From Pseudomonadota bacterium (GTDB taxonomy: Bacteria; Pseudomonadota; Alphaproteobacteria; Rhodobacterales; Rhodobacteraceae): a DNA stretch of 55,080 nucleotides. Both the position numbers and the translations under genes were made by a program. This document shows, piece by piece, positions 45,579 to 55,080 of the stretch (the stretch's first letter is position 1; each line of letters starts with the position of its first letter). The notes beneath the pieces were generated by a model that searched no databases, was not told where the DNA came from, and saw nothing but the letters and a program-made list of their open reading frames with translations. The stretch spans positions 1-55,080 of the forward strand of contig JBCCLX010000001.1 in assembly GCA_039026635.1 (NCBI GenBank), read 5' to 3'.

Positions 45579-46262
45579 TCAGTCGATGTTGAGACGGTAG
45601 CCGCCACGGCGGTCGGAGCGGATCAGCTGTCGCCAGTCCTTCTGCGACTTGAAGACGTCGGCCATGCGCAGGCTCTTCGAGCCCGCTGAGGACAGGATGG
45701 CCTTGCCGCTCTGCCACGCCTCGCCGCGCTGCGCGGCCTCGTGCAAGGCGCGGACGACTTGCGCCTGGATCGGGCCGAGCCGGAAGCGGTAGCCGTTGCA
45801 GCGCACCTCCTGGTAGTCGGCCGAGGCGATGAAGGTGCTCTCCTCCATCGCCGAGCCGCCAGAGGAGAAGCCGGACTGAAGCTCGAAACGATCGCGTTCC
45901 TCGCGCCTTAGCAGAAGATCGCCGATCATCACGAAGACCGGCTTGGCCTCGCCGTAAAGCGAGGCATAGTCCGCGCGGGGCGTGCGAAACTCGCTGACAT
46001 GGAGCTCGCCGCAGCGGAACAGCTGGAAGACATCGGAGGCGTACAGGTCGAGCAGCCCGCTGAAGGGCTTCTGCTCCCACGGAACGCGGAACCGTTCGCC
46101 GTCCTGGCCCTCCTCGTAGTCGCCAAACTCGACCGGCTCGCCGAAGACGCGCACCGACAGCCGGAGCTTGTCGTTCTCGGCCAGGTAGACGAGGTCCGTC
46201 TCGGAGATCCGCCAGCGCTCGAGCACCTCGGGGAGCGTGAAATACAGCTTGTCGATGTGCAC
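45579..46262 (-). CDS. Conserved phage protein with probable C-terminal winged-helix domain
   Basis: KLYFTLPEVLERW...QAQVVRAL..A...W.SGKAIL..AGS.S.RM.DVFKS; first gene divergent from the repressor. Confidence 0.75.
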   Translation of the reverse strand: MHIDKLYFTLPEVLERWRISETDLVYLAENDKLRLSVRVFGEPVEFGDYEEGQDGERFRVPWEQKPFSGLLDLYASDVFQLFRCGELHVSEFRTPRADYASLYGEAKPVFVMIGDLLLRREERDRFELQSGFSSGGSAMEESTFIASADYQEVRCNGYRFRLGPIQAQVVRALHEAAQRGEAWQSGKAILSSAGSKSLRMADVFKSQKDWRQLIRSDRRGGYRLNID

Positions 46263-46370
46263 GCGCTCCTCCGATTCCCATGCCTGATGTTTACCTTCTG
46301 TTCTTATTCGCTTGACGGTTGTCGATCAATCCGATTTTATCCTATTTCATCCACAGATGGGTGGGGAAAC

Positions 46371-47048
46371 ATGAACGAGCATCACACGCTTGCCGACCGT
46401 CTCAGGGCCCGGGCCAACCAGCTCGGCCTCAGCCCCGCCCATGTCGCCGAGATGGCCGGCGTGAACCGATCCTTCGTCTACGACATCCTGCGCGGACGAT
46501 CATCCCGCCCCGGCATCGACCGGCTGGCCGAGGTCGCGCGCGTTCTGAAGGTCGACCGCGAGTGGCTGATCCACGGGATCGGCGATGTCGAGGGCACGCC
46601 GCCTTTCATCGAGAACCCGGACGAGGCTTTCGTCTCGATCGCGCATGCGAGCCCGCGCCCCTCGATGGGCGGCGGCGCTGTTGTCGAGGAGCATGAGGAT
46701 CCCGCCGGCCGCGCCTACCACTTCCGCCGGTCCTGGATCCGCCACAGCCTGAAGGCCAGCCCGTCCCAGCTGCGGATCATGCATGTGGAAGGCGACAGCA
46801 TGGCGCCCACGCTGCTCGACGGCGACACGGTGCTTGTCGACATGGCGCGCCGCGCGCCGAACCCACCCGGCATCTTTGTCTTGGACGACGGCATGGGGCT
46901 GGTGGCCAAGCGGCTCGAGCACATCCCGAACAGCGACCCGCCCGCCGTGCGCGTCATCTCGGACAACGGCTTCTACAGCCCCTACGAGCGAACGGCCGAC
47001 GAGATCCACATCGTCGGCCGCATCCGTTGGTTCGCCCGGGAGATCTGA
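46371..47048 (+). CDS. Prophage repressor (HTH + S24 peptidase, CI/LexA-like)
   Basis: N-terminal XRE HTH; VEGDSM.P, AKRL, IVGRI; SMGGG at the cleavage region. Confidence 0.92.
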   Translation: MNEHHTLADRLRARANQLGLSPAHVAEMAGVNRSFVYDILRGRSSRPGIDRLAEVARVLKVDREWLIHGIGDVEGTPPFIENPDEAFVSIAHASPRPSMGGGAVVEEHEDPAGRAYHFRRSWIRHSLKASPSQLRIMHVEGDSMAPTLLDGDTVLVDMARRAPNPPGIFVLDDGMGLVAKRLEHIPNSDPPAVRVISDNGFYSPYERTADEIHIVGRIRWFAREI

Positions 47049-47049
47049 G

Positions 47050-47781
47050 GTGATCGCGTTCCGGGAGGTCGACGATGCCGATCCGGCGCTGACGTTCTCG
47101 CCGATGGTGCGCGCGATCGAAAAGACCTTCGCCTGGATCGGCGAGCATGGCGGCATCCCACTGACGCAGTCCAAGGCGTTCAAGCGAATCTTCGTGCACT
47201 GGGCTGCGGCCGAGTTCGACTGGCCGGGTCACACCGAGGCGGACCTCTTCGCCGTCAACAAGGTCCTGAACGAGCCAGACTTCGCCCCGCTCATGGTGCT
47301 GCACGACCTGATGATCGCGATGAAGCTCGGCCGGCACTACAAGGGTGAGTTCCGCCTGACCAAGGCTGGTCAGACGCTGACGGACCATCCCGGCCGGATT
47401 TTCGGCACGGTCGTCCCGTTTTTTCTGTTCCGGATCAACCACGCCAGCATGTCGCGGTTCGACGACGCGCCGATCCTGGGCAACTGGGACGTGTTCCTGA
47501 ACGTGCTCAATGTCGAGGCCGAGGACGGCGCCACCGTCGCCCACCTACGCCGCGTGCTCTTTGGAGAGCCCGAGGCAGGACCGGTCCCGCGCTATGACGA
47601 TGTGATGGGCCAGCTCTACATCCAGGTGCTGCGACCGCTCTGCTGGGCGGGCATGCTGCACCAAGAGAGAGGCGCGGCGGGCTATCGGTCGGAGGACGCG
47701 GTGTTCGTGAAGACGCCACTGTGGCGAGCGGTCCTACGGTTGGAGACGGATCGGATGCTCGGGCAATCTACGCGGCACTGA
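47050..47781 (+). CDS. Hypothetical protein co-transcribed with the repressor
   Basis: GTG start 1 bp after the repressor stop; 243 aa. Confidence 0.75.
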   Translation: MIAFREVDDADPALTFSPMVRAIEKTFAWIGEHGGIPLTQSKAFKRIFVHWAAAEFDWPGHTEADLFAVNKVLNEPDFAPLMVLHDLMIAMKLGRHYKGEFRLTKAGQTLTDHPGRIFGTVVPFFLFRINHASMSRFDDAPILGNWDVFLNVLNVEAEDGATVAHLRRVLFGEPEAGPVPRYDDVMGQLYIQVLRPLCWAGMLHQERGAAGYRSEDAVFVKTPLWRAVLRLETDRMLGQSTRH

Positions 47782-47896
47782 TCGCACCCAAAGCCAATGA
47801 GCAAAGCCCCGCGTCCAGCCGAGTACACGAAGGTTGTTGAGCGCAGCAATCGAAAAAGATACACGATGTAGTACAAGGGACTTATGGAGCATCCAT

Positions 47897-48748
47897 ATGA
47901 AGCGTTGGCTTTCCGAAAATTGGCGAAAGCTCATCCAAGATGTTTTGGTAGCGCTTGGAGCGATTTTCTTGCTGATTGAGTCGTACGAAGTCGTAAGCGA
48001 CACGAACATACAGCTGTCTTTCACCTTTTTCCTGATCATCGTTATCTTGGCCGGAGGCATCCATTTCCTCCTGGATGGATATTATTGGACGGGCTTCTTG
48101 AAGAACGAAGTCGAGCTCCCGCATCAAGGATTCGACACAAAAATCCGTGTGAAAGTGGGCGATCTGTTTGAGGAGAAAGGCTGGAAGGCCATTGGAGTAA
48201 ACGACTTTTTTGACCATGTTGTCGATGAGGATCTGGTATCATCAAGATCACTCCACGGCCAAGTGATCCTGCGATACTGGCGCGAAAACCCAGACGATTG
48301 GCTGGACCAGGTTAAGGATAGTCTGAGCCACATTGAACCTGCTCAAGAAAATCGTCGAAAGGGAAACAAGAACCGATACCCAATTGGAGCTACAGCCTGT
48401 GCCAGAGCTTCAGATCAGAAGTTTCTCCTAGTGGCACTTAGCCACACCAATCCGCAAGACAATGTGACAACAGCAAATCTTGAGACATTCATATGCGCGG
48501 TTGGTGGCCTTCTGGTGCGAGCAAGAGCAGCCTGTTCCCTTGAGCCACTGATTATTCCACTGATGGGAACTGGACTTGCGAGGGTTGGTCTGAAGCATTC
48601 CGTTATGTTGGATATAATTATTGCCGCAATTCTGGAGGAAAGTCGAAAGGGTCGAATAACAGAAGAAATCATAGTGGTTGTGCCTCGCGACAGAAAAGGT
48701 CAGATCAACCTCAAAAACCACGTGAGGAATTGGAAGAATGGCATATAG
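47897..48748 (+). CDS. thsA: Thoeris type II effector ThsA (two TM + Macro domain, DUF6430-like)
   Basis: Two N-terminal TMs; VKVGDLF, IGVNDFFD, SLHGQ, YPIG, IPLMGTGLARV; lower GC; adjacent TIR gene. Confidence 0.85.
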   Translation: MKRWLSENWRKLIQDVLVALGAIFLLIESYEVVSDTNIQLSFTFFLIIVILAGGIHFLLDGYYWTGFLKNEVELPHQGFDTKIRVKVGDLFEEKGWKAIGVNDFFDHVVDEDLVSSRSLHGQVILRYWRENPDDWLDQVKDSLSHIEPAQENRRKGNKNRYPIGATACARASDQKFLLVALSHTNPQDNVTTANLETFICAVGGLLVRARAACSLEPLIIPLMGTGLARVGLKHSVMLDIIIAAILEESRKGRITEEIIVVVPRDRKGQINLKNHVRNWKNGI

Positions 48749-49289
48749 AACAGGAACATACTTCGCGTTTGATGGTCTTGGCCAAGCCGACCCAACCAAG
48801 TCGGATTTCAAGTACTACGCCACCGTGCAGGGGTGGAACGCCAACAAAGGCGTAGAATTCAAGTTTGCAAACAGCCACGAGAAAGCAAGTGCTGTCCGAG
48901 ACTCTAGCAAAGTGGAGACCCTCAAAGCAAGCATTCGACAACGCTTGGCGGCCTCGAAAAATATGGTCGTTATTCTTTCGAGGTCGACTCGAAAGTCTGG
49001 AAGCATGTTGTCTTATGAGATAGAGAAGGCGGTCGACAGATATCAGTTGCCGCTTATAGTCGCATACACGGGCTATGATGCAGTAGTGAAGCCGGATGAA
49101 CTTTCTTTTATGTGGCCCAACACGCTGACAGAGAGGATCCGCAACAGAACGGCGCAAGCCATCCATATCCCATTCCGGCAGGCTGCCCTCTTTAATGCGA
49201 TTAGTCGATTTACTGTGAATGGTGAGTCCATTGGTAGCCCCCTGCAGTTCTATTCTTGGGATGCGCACAAAGAGTGGGGTTATGTGTAG
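48738..49289 (+). CDS. thsB: Thoeris ThsB TIR-domain protein (DUF1863-like)
   Basis: MAYRTGTYFAFDG...HEK..AVRDSS...LK..I..RL..SKNMVVILS..T...SYEIEKAVD..LPLIVAY with catalytic Glu. Confidence 0.88.
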   Translation: MAYRTGTYFAFDGLGQADPTKSDFKYYATVQGWNANKGVEFKFANSHEKASAVRDSSKVETLKASIRQRLAASKNMVVILSRSTRKSGSMLSYEIEKAVDRYQLPLIVAYTGYDAVVKPDELSFMWPNTLTERIRNRTAQAIHIPFRQAALFNAISRFTVNGESIGSPLQFYSWDAHKEWGYV

Positions 49290-49460
49290 ATGAGCGTTAC
49301 GAGAAGAGAGATTTGGCCCTTCGGCTGTTTCAAGACTATTCTGCGTGCACGCTTCGCTTCCCGCAATTGCTCGCCACTACGGCAACCCTCTGTTTTGGCT
49401 TGAATTACGCCTTAGCGACCGGCGAACACCGAGCAAACCGCCTCAGTAGGTTCGCTCGCC

Positions 49461-49679
49461 ATGCCCAACGAAATCACCTTCGCCACGCCCGTCGACACGC
49501 TCGCCACCGATGAGCGGCTGGTGGAGCTGGCCACGATCCTCGCCGGCGCCATCGCGCGCACCAACCCACAAGAAACAAACGCGAAATCTCCGCTCAATGG
49601 AGACAGTTCGCTGGACATTCTCGCCCTCAGACGCCGTCGTCGGAGACAGGTTCGCAACCGAGTTGGAGATGACGCATGA
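49461..49679 (+). CDS. Small hypothetical protein of the recombinase cassette
   Basis: ERLVELATILAGAI.R; ATGA overlap with the next gene. Confidence 0.65.
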   Translation: MPNEITFATPVDTLATDERLVELATILAGAIARTNPQETNAKSPLNGDSSLDILALRRRRRRQVRNRVGDDA

Positions 49680-50173
49680 GGAAAAACGCAAGGAAATCAG
49701 GCGCGAAGGCCGCGCCCGCGCGCCAGGCGGCGGGGATCGAGGTCTTGGCCGAACTGGCGGCGCTGAAGGCGATGACGGTACTAGAGCTCCAGGAGAAGTG
49801 GCAGGCCATCTTCGGGGAGCGCGCGCCGAACGCCAGCCGCGGCAACCTCGAGCTTCGGCTCGGCTACCGGATACAGGAACTGGCCCATGGCGGTCTGCGC
49901 CGCGAGACGCGCCGGACGCTCGATGCGCTGGCCGACGAGGTCATGAGCGGCAAGCTCGGCGGCTTGGTGGCGGACCCGCGCAAACCCGCCCCCGGCACGA
50001 AGCTGGTCCGCGAATGGGGCGGCGAGGAGCACATGGTCACCGTTTTGGCGGACGGCTTCGAATGGCAGGGGCGCCGCTTCAAGTCGCTCTCCGCCGCGGT
50101 CCGCGCGATCACCGGCGCGCACTGGAATGGCTGGCGGTTCTTCGGGCTCGACCAGACCGGAGGCGCCCGATGA
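49676..50173 (+). CDS. DUF2924 protein
   Basis: L..RLGYRIQELAHGGL, PGTKLVREWGG, FKSLSA..RAITGAHWNG.RFFGL. Confidence 0.92.
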   Translation: MRKNARKSGAKAAPARQAAGIEVLAELAALKAMTVLELQEKWQAIFGERAPNASRGNLELRLGYRIQELAHGGLRRETRRTLDALADEVMSGKLGGLVADPRKPAPGTKLVREWGGEEHMVTVLADGFEWQGRRFKSLSAAVRAITGAHWNGWRFFGLDQTGGAR

Positions 50174-51495
50174 CCAGAAAGACCCAGTCGGAACCGGCGC
50201 GCCGCCTGCGCTGCGCCGTCTACACCCGCAAGTCGAGCGAGGAAGGGCTCGACATGGAGTTCAACAGCCTCGACGCGCAGCGGGAGGCCTGCGAGGCCTA
50301 CATCGCCAGCCAACGGGCCGAGGGCTGGGCTTGCCTGCGCGAACGCTACGACGACGGAGGCTTTTCGGGCGGCACGCTGGACCGCCCCGCGCTCAAGCAG
50401 CTGATCGCCGATGTCGAGGACGGGCTGATCGACGTGGTCGTGGTCTACAAGATCGACCGTCTCAGCCGCGCGCTGATGGACTTCTCGAAGCTGGTCGAGA
50501 TCTTCGACCGCCACGGCGTTACCTTTGTGTCCGTCACTCAGTCCTTCAATACGACCACGTCCATGGGCCGGCTGACGCTGAACATCCTGCTCAGCTTCGC
50601 CCAGTTCGAGCGCGAGGTGATCGGCGAACGCATCCGCGACAAGGTCGCCGCCTCGAAGAAGAAGGGCATGTGGATGGGCGGATACGTGCCGCTCGGCTAC
50701 GACGTGGTCGACCGCAAGCTGATCTTGAACGAGGCCGAGGCCGCGCAGGTCCGCACCATGTTCGAGCTCTTCGCACAGTCCGATTCCACCGCCGCCGTGA
50801 TCCGGGAGCTGAACGCCCGGGGCATCCGCTCCAAGCGCGGCCGGCCCATAGACCGCGGGGCGCTCTACAAGCTTCTGCATAACCGCATCTACCGCGGCGA
50901 GATCACCCACAAGGGCGAGACCTATCCCGGCATGCACGAGCCCATCGTCGATGCGGAGCTGTGGGATGCCGCCCACGCCGTGCTGGCCGGCAACCGCAAC
51001 CAGCGGGCCGGGCGCACGCGGAGCACCGAGCCGGCGCTGCTGCGCGGGCTGATCTTCACCGAGACCGGCGCCGCGATGACCCCGCACCACACGAAGAAGG
51101 GCAACAGGCGGTACTGCTACTACGTCTCGATGGACATCATCCAGAAACGACCAACGGCCGAGTTGCGCGGGCCCCAGCGGCTCCCCGCGGCCATGGTGGA
51201 GGAAGCCGTCATCGGCGAGATCCGGAGGCTGCTGCGCACGCCGGAGATCATCGCGCGCACCGCCCGTGCGCTGAAGAAGGAGCGGCCCGACCTCGACGAG
51301 GGCACCGTGACCGCGGCGCTCACGCAGTTCGACGATCTCTGGAAGGCGCTGATCCCGGCCGAGCAGGCCCGCGTCGTCCAGCTGCTCGTGGCGCGCGTGA
51401 CGGTGGGCGCGGACGGGCTCGACATCGATCTGCGCCATGACGGCCTCGGCGCGTTGGCGAGCCTGATGACGCCCGCGCGGGAGGACGCCGCCTGA
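50170..51495 (+). CDS. Large serine recombinase (integrase)
   Basis: AVYTRKSS, SLDAQREAC, RPAL, KIDRLSR, FAQFERE, PLGY, N.IY.G, HEPIV. Confidence 0.95.
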   Translation: MTRKTQSEPARRLRCAVYTRKSSEEGLDMEFNSLDAQREACEAYIASQRAEGWACLRERYDDGGFSGGTLDRPALKQLIADVEDGLIDVVVVYKIDRLSRALMDFSKLVEIFDRHGVTFVSVTQSFNTTTSMGRLTLNILLSFAQFEREVIGERIRDKVAASKKKGMWMGGYVPLGYDVVDRKLILNEAEAAQVRTMFELFAQSDSTAAVIRELNARGIRSKRGRPIDRGALYKLLHNRIYRGEITHKGETYPGMHEPIVDAELWDAAHAVLAGNRNQRAGRTRSTEPALLRGLIFTETGAAMTPHHTKKGNRRYCYYVSMDIIQKRPTAELRGPQRLPAAMVEEAVIGEIRRLLRTPEIIARTARALKKERPDLDEGTVTAALTQFDDLWKALIPAEQARVVQLLVARVTVGADGLDIDLRHDGLGALASLMTPAREDAA

Positions 51496-51883
51496 TGCCC
51501 GCGAACGACACGATCCGCGTCCACATCCCGCTCGCGGTCCGCAAACGCGGCGGTGACCGCGCATCCTGCCACCGCAGGACATCGACACGTCGGACCCGCC
51601 GCCGGGACAGGATCCTCGCGTGCTGCGCGCGATCGGCCGGGCATGGGCGTGGCGGCAGCGGATGGAGCACGGCGAGATAACCACCATCGCCGATCTCGCC
51701 ACCGAGGAGGGCCTGTCCGACCGCTACGTCAGCCGCCTCCTGCGCCTCGCATGGCTGGCGCCAGACGTCCTCGAGCGCCTGGTCGTGCGCCGCGAACCCT
51801 GCGCTATCAGCCTCTACGACCTGTGCTTCGTGGCGTCCTTGCCGTGGGAGGAGCAGTCGGTGCGAGTGTTCGACCAAGGCTGA
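51495..51883 (+). pseudogene. Recombinase-associated HTH protein, frameshifted
   Basis: MPANDTIRVHIPLAVRKRGG continues as (R)PRILPP...VLRAIGRAWAWR...YVSRLLRLAWLAPD in another frame; apparent 1-bp deletion at ~51554. Confidence 0.75.
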
Positions 51884-52016
51884 GCTTTCTGGTGGCGAAA
51901 AGCGTAGCGTAGCCTCCGCAATGATTTTCTTTTGATTGCGGTAGTTTGCGATCCCGACCTATCCTGCTTGTAGGCAGGGGCTCTTGCTGGCTCTTGGCTT
52001 TCAAGTTGGGGTACTG

Positions 52017-53822
52017 ATGGCGATTACCGCGGACGCAATTCTGTCTGCTCTTGAGGACGAACGCACAACTGCGCAGCGTGGGCTGCCGTTCAAGGTCTTG
52101 TCGTCACGGCGGCAGGGCAATCTCGTCATGCTGGCCGTCGAACCCATTCGCAACGGACGATCGAGCGCAGCACTTGATGAAAGCCTCGAGGGCTCGCGCG
52201 CTGTCTGGTACGGCGAGGGGAGCGGACGGGGAGAGGTTGTTGTTGTCGACCCCGACAAAGGCGAGTTCGCCCTTCGCTTCGTCCAGGGCCCACTCCCGGA
52301 CGTAGATGAACACGTCACTCTTTTTCCCCAGGACTTCATCACGCCACTGATTGAATTATGGCAACGAGAGCCAACCAGGAGAAAAGCTGCCGCGGCTCTA
52401 CGCCGGAGTGAGAAACAGCCAGCTGCCGAAACGAAGGCACTTCCGGACGACTTCTCCATGCTTCGCGCCAGGCAGGAGCAAGCTGTGTCACTGCCTTTGA
52501 ACCGGGTGGGATTGCTTCATGGGCCGCCTGGCACCGGCAAGACGTTCACGATTGGCGGCATGATTGCGTATCTGCTTACCCGGTTCAGGAACGCGAAGAT
52601 CCTCGTCAGCGGGCCAACAAATACGGCAGTCGATTCAGCGCTCATTGCCGCGGATGACTGGCTGACTCGAATTGGGCGTGACGACCTTCGGCATTCCATG
52701 AAACGGATTGGCTCCCGTTTCGACACCAAGAAATTTCGCGGCCGTGACCATTTGCTCGCGCAGGGCATCTATGAGGCGTCGCTGGAAATCAGCATGCTCG
52801 AGCTCGAGGAGCCTTCGAAAAACGACATCGAGCGGTACGTAGCTTGGAAAGAGAAACTTGAAGCCGCGCGAGCCAAGCTGAAGACCGATGTTGCGCAGAT
52901 CTCGGCCTCTTCGCGTGTCGTCGCGATCACGACCAACTCCCTTTTCCGCCACTTCGACAACATCGCGAACCCGGGCGGAAGTCCGTGGCATTTTACAATC
53001 GCCGACGAAGCCAGCCAGATCATGTTGCCCGCAGCCCTCATGGTCGCCAGCATCGCGAAATGCGCCACATTTGCTGGAGATCCGCAACAGCTGGCTCCAA
53101 TCGTCCAGAGTGGCGACACGTCAACACGGGCTGTCCTCGGTCGGACAGCCTTTGATGTCTTCAAAGATGCTCCCAGCGTGTTCCTCAATGAGCAATCAAG
53201 GATGTGCCAGGGTGTTTGCGATATCGTCTCACACACCTTTTATAGTGGCGAGCTCATTGTATGCCGGAAAGCGGCGCGGGATCCGGAATGGAAGAAGGCG
53301 CGTTCTCCCTGGTATCTCGATGGCCGTGAAATCCCACGAGTGCTCGTTGACGATCGCGCTGGCGAGGCGACGTGGTCGAAGAAGTATAATGGCAAGATCC
53401 GTTTCGCTTCCGCCGAGATCATTGCCGCGTTGGTGCACGAACTACTCGGTTCCTACGTCGAAGCCGACGACATTCTGATCCTCACACCTTTTCGCGCTCA
53501 GCGTGCTCTCATCAGATCGATGCTGGGACGGCAAGGACAAAAGGAAGTTCGTGTCAGCACGGTTCACCGAGCACAGGGTAGCGAGCGGAAGATCGTGATC
53601 TTCGATCCTGTGGATGCAGGGAGCCCATTCCTGAATAGCGAAAGTGGGCGCCGGCTCATTAACGTCGCTGCGTCACGCGCTCAAGCACATCTGATCATCC
53701 TCGCTGGCGATGGTGATCTGCGGAACCCGTTCTTGGCCGCCATAGCCGAGCGCGCCCGCCGGCTCTGGGATCGCAAAGGCGACTATGCCAACCCGCTTCG
53801 AGTCCGGCTTCGCCAAGCCTGA
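52017..53822 (+). CDS. Stand-alone SF1 helicase (Upf1/Dna2-like, AAA_11/AAA_12)
   Basis: GPPGTGKT, TNTAVD, DEASQ, GDPQQL, QSRM, TPFRAQ, STVHRAQGSE, NVAASRA. Confidence 0.92.
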   Translation: MAITADAILSALEDERTTAQRGLPFKVLSSRRQGNLVMLAVEPIRNGRSSAALDESLEGSRAVWYGEGSGRGEVVVVDPDKGEFALRFVQGPLPDVDEHVTLFPQDFITPLIELWQREPTRRKAAAALRRSEKQPAAETKALPDDFSMLRARQEQAVSLPLNRVGLLHGPPGTGKTFTIGGMIAYLLTRFRNAKILVSGPTNTAVDSALIAADDWLTRIGRDDLRHSMKRIGSRFDTKKFRGRDHLLAQGIYEASLEISMLELEEPSKNDIERYVAWKEKLEAARAKLKTDVAQISASSRVVAITTNSLFRHFDNIANPGGSPWHFTIADEASQIMLPAALMVASIAKCATFAGDPQQLAPIVQSGDTSTRAVLGRTAFDVFKDAPSVFLNEQSRMCQGVCDIVSHTFYSGELIVCRKAARDPEWKKARSPWYLDGREIPRVLVDDRAGEATWSKKYNGKIRFASAEIIAALVHELLGSYVEADDILILTPFRAQRALIRSMLGRQGQKEVRVSTVHRAQGSERKIVIFDPVDAGSPFLNSESGRRLINVAASRAQAHLIILAGDGDLRNPFLAAIAERARRLWDRKGDYANPLRVRLRQA

Positions 53823-54155
53823 AGCTCGTGCCCACCGCCACCGTTGCGCGCAAGTGAGCCACCAACCCCATCCGCTACGCCTCCTGCATGTTCGGTCTCC
53901 GTTTCTCTCGGCAGCGATGGAAACAGGACTCGCAGTTTTGGCGGTGTTGTGATTCAGGTTATTGGAAACACGAGAAAATTTTCGACCGAACCGGAATCGA
54001 GGCGGTTCGCCCGACCAGAGACGAGACGCCATTCAGAGACGGAAATCGCTGTGTGGCCGTGTCTCATCGGTTCGCACCCACCTAGCAAACCCCTTTGAAA
54101 ACAGAAGAAAATCCGCCGCGGGCGGGCGGCCTGAACGGGTTCGAAAGGGTGATGG

Positions 54156-54245
54156 TGGCGGAGACGAAGGGATTCGAACCCTCGAAACGGTTGCCCGTTT
54201 ACTCCCTTAGCAGGGGAGCGCCTTCGACCACTCGGCCACATCTCC
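54156..54245 (-). tRNA. tRNA-Ser(GCT)
   Basis: GGAGATG...CTCCC-CT-GCT-AA-GGGAG anticodon arm, long variable arm, GGTTCGAATCC T-loop, encoded CCA; 90 nt. Confidence 0.97.
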
Positions 54246-55080
54246 ATCGATCATGTAGCAGCCTCGACGTTGGGAGAACAAGCCGAAACGAGAAGCCTCG
54301 CCTGTCCATCGGACTGCCCCCACGCGAGCGCCGAGGTCTTGCGATAGCGGGCATGGGACCCTGGCTGGGCGGATCGGGCTTGGTCAGGGTTGTGTTTTTG
54401 AAGCCATTGGTTGGTTTCGACGTCGTCGGGTGGGGTGGGGATTGTAGGGGGCGCCGGTGCCGTCAGACGGTCGGGTGCTGAATTGATTGAGGCACTTGGC
54501 TTGGCGCGGGTCTGTCTTCGGAAGGGCGACTGGACCCGGTCTCTCTCTCGTCGGAGAGGATTGCGGGGCTTGAGACGATCCACTCGCACCGCCGACACCG
54601 CAAAGGTGTGTCTGGCCCCGGCGGGAGTGGGTTTGTGCCGGCGGTGTGAATGGCCTTGGTGCGGAAGAGGCGCGGCCCGTCCGGAACGCCGAGGATGTCG
54701 ACCACCGCGTGAGTGCACGAACCGAGCGGGGTCTGCTCAGGTCGGGTGGCGCCTCCGCGCGCGTCTGCGGGTGTGGTGGGGCCGCGGGGGGTGTGTGGAT
54801 CTGGTTCGGGGCGTTGATCGTGAGGCTCGCTTGGGCGGAGGCTCGAAGCGGTCCTGACGAAGGCACTGGATCTTCAGGGATGGGACTGTCAGGCCATTCC
54901 GCTCCGAGGCGCGCCGTTGGTTTCCGTCCAATGGTGCGAGCGGCGGGATGAACGCCTGACGCAAGACGGAGCTGCGAGCGTGCCTGGTGAAACGCGGAGA
55001 CGCGATGCGCGGTATCGGGCCGAGCCCGATGCCGAACGCCGCGCGGTTCGTTGTTCAATGGCGAGGTGTTCGAACCGCTC

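Larger units (their letters stand above)
10276..51883. mobile_element. Temperate siphovirus prophage (lambda-type head, RcGTA-like tail tip, serine recombinase)
   Basis: Ordered tail, head, packaging, replication, repressor and integration modules; exact att ends not identified, and the element may extend to the tRNA at 54156. Confidence 0.93.

Noticed and set aside
54384-55058. 224-aa minus-strand ORF after the tRNA
   Set aside because: Pro/Arg/Ala-rich low-complexity translation with no RBS or motif; likely spurious

Overview
GC-rich alphaproteobacterial (Rhodobacteraceae-like) DNA that is almost entirely accessory. (1) 1-3130: IS debris (IS5/IS903-group, IS5-group and IS481 remnants) interleaved with two orphan exported proteins. 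(2) 3215-10030: a translationally coupled six-gene + strand operon. It encodes a Cys-stapled secreted helical protein, two different single-pass proteins with a MotB/ExbD/ZorB-type Asp at the start of the TM, an orphan, an atypical MotA/TolQ/ExbB-family protein and a DUF4407-like membrane protein. This is the best candidate for an undescribed ion-motor envelope system, with no TonB/TolA, flagellar or ZorC/D/E partners. (3) ~10276-51883: a near-complete temperate siphovirus prophage with lambda-type head/packaging genes, an RcGTA-like tail tip, an embedded lysis cassette, a -1 frameshifting tail chaperone, a replication module, an S24 repressor and a large serine recombinase. It carries a low-GC moron and a type II Thoeris (TM-Macro ThsA + TIR ThsB) cassette. 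(4) A stand-alone SF1 helicase and tRNA-Ser(GCT) at 54156-54245 (-), the probable integration anchor. Family calls come from motif recognition by eye, not from database searches.
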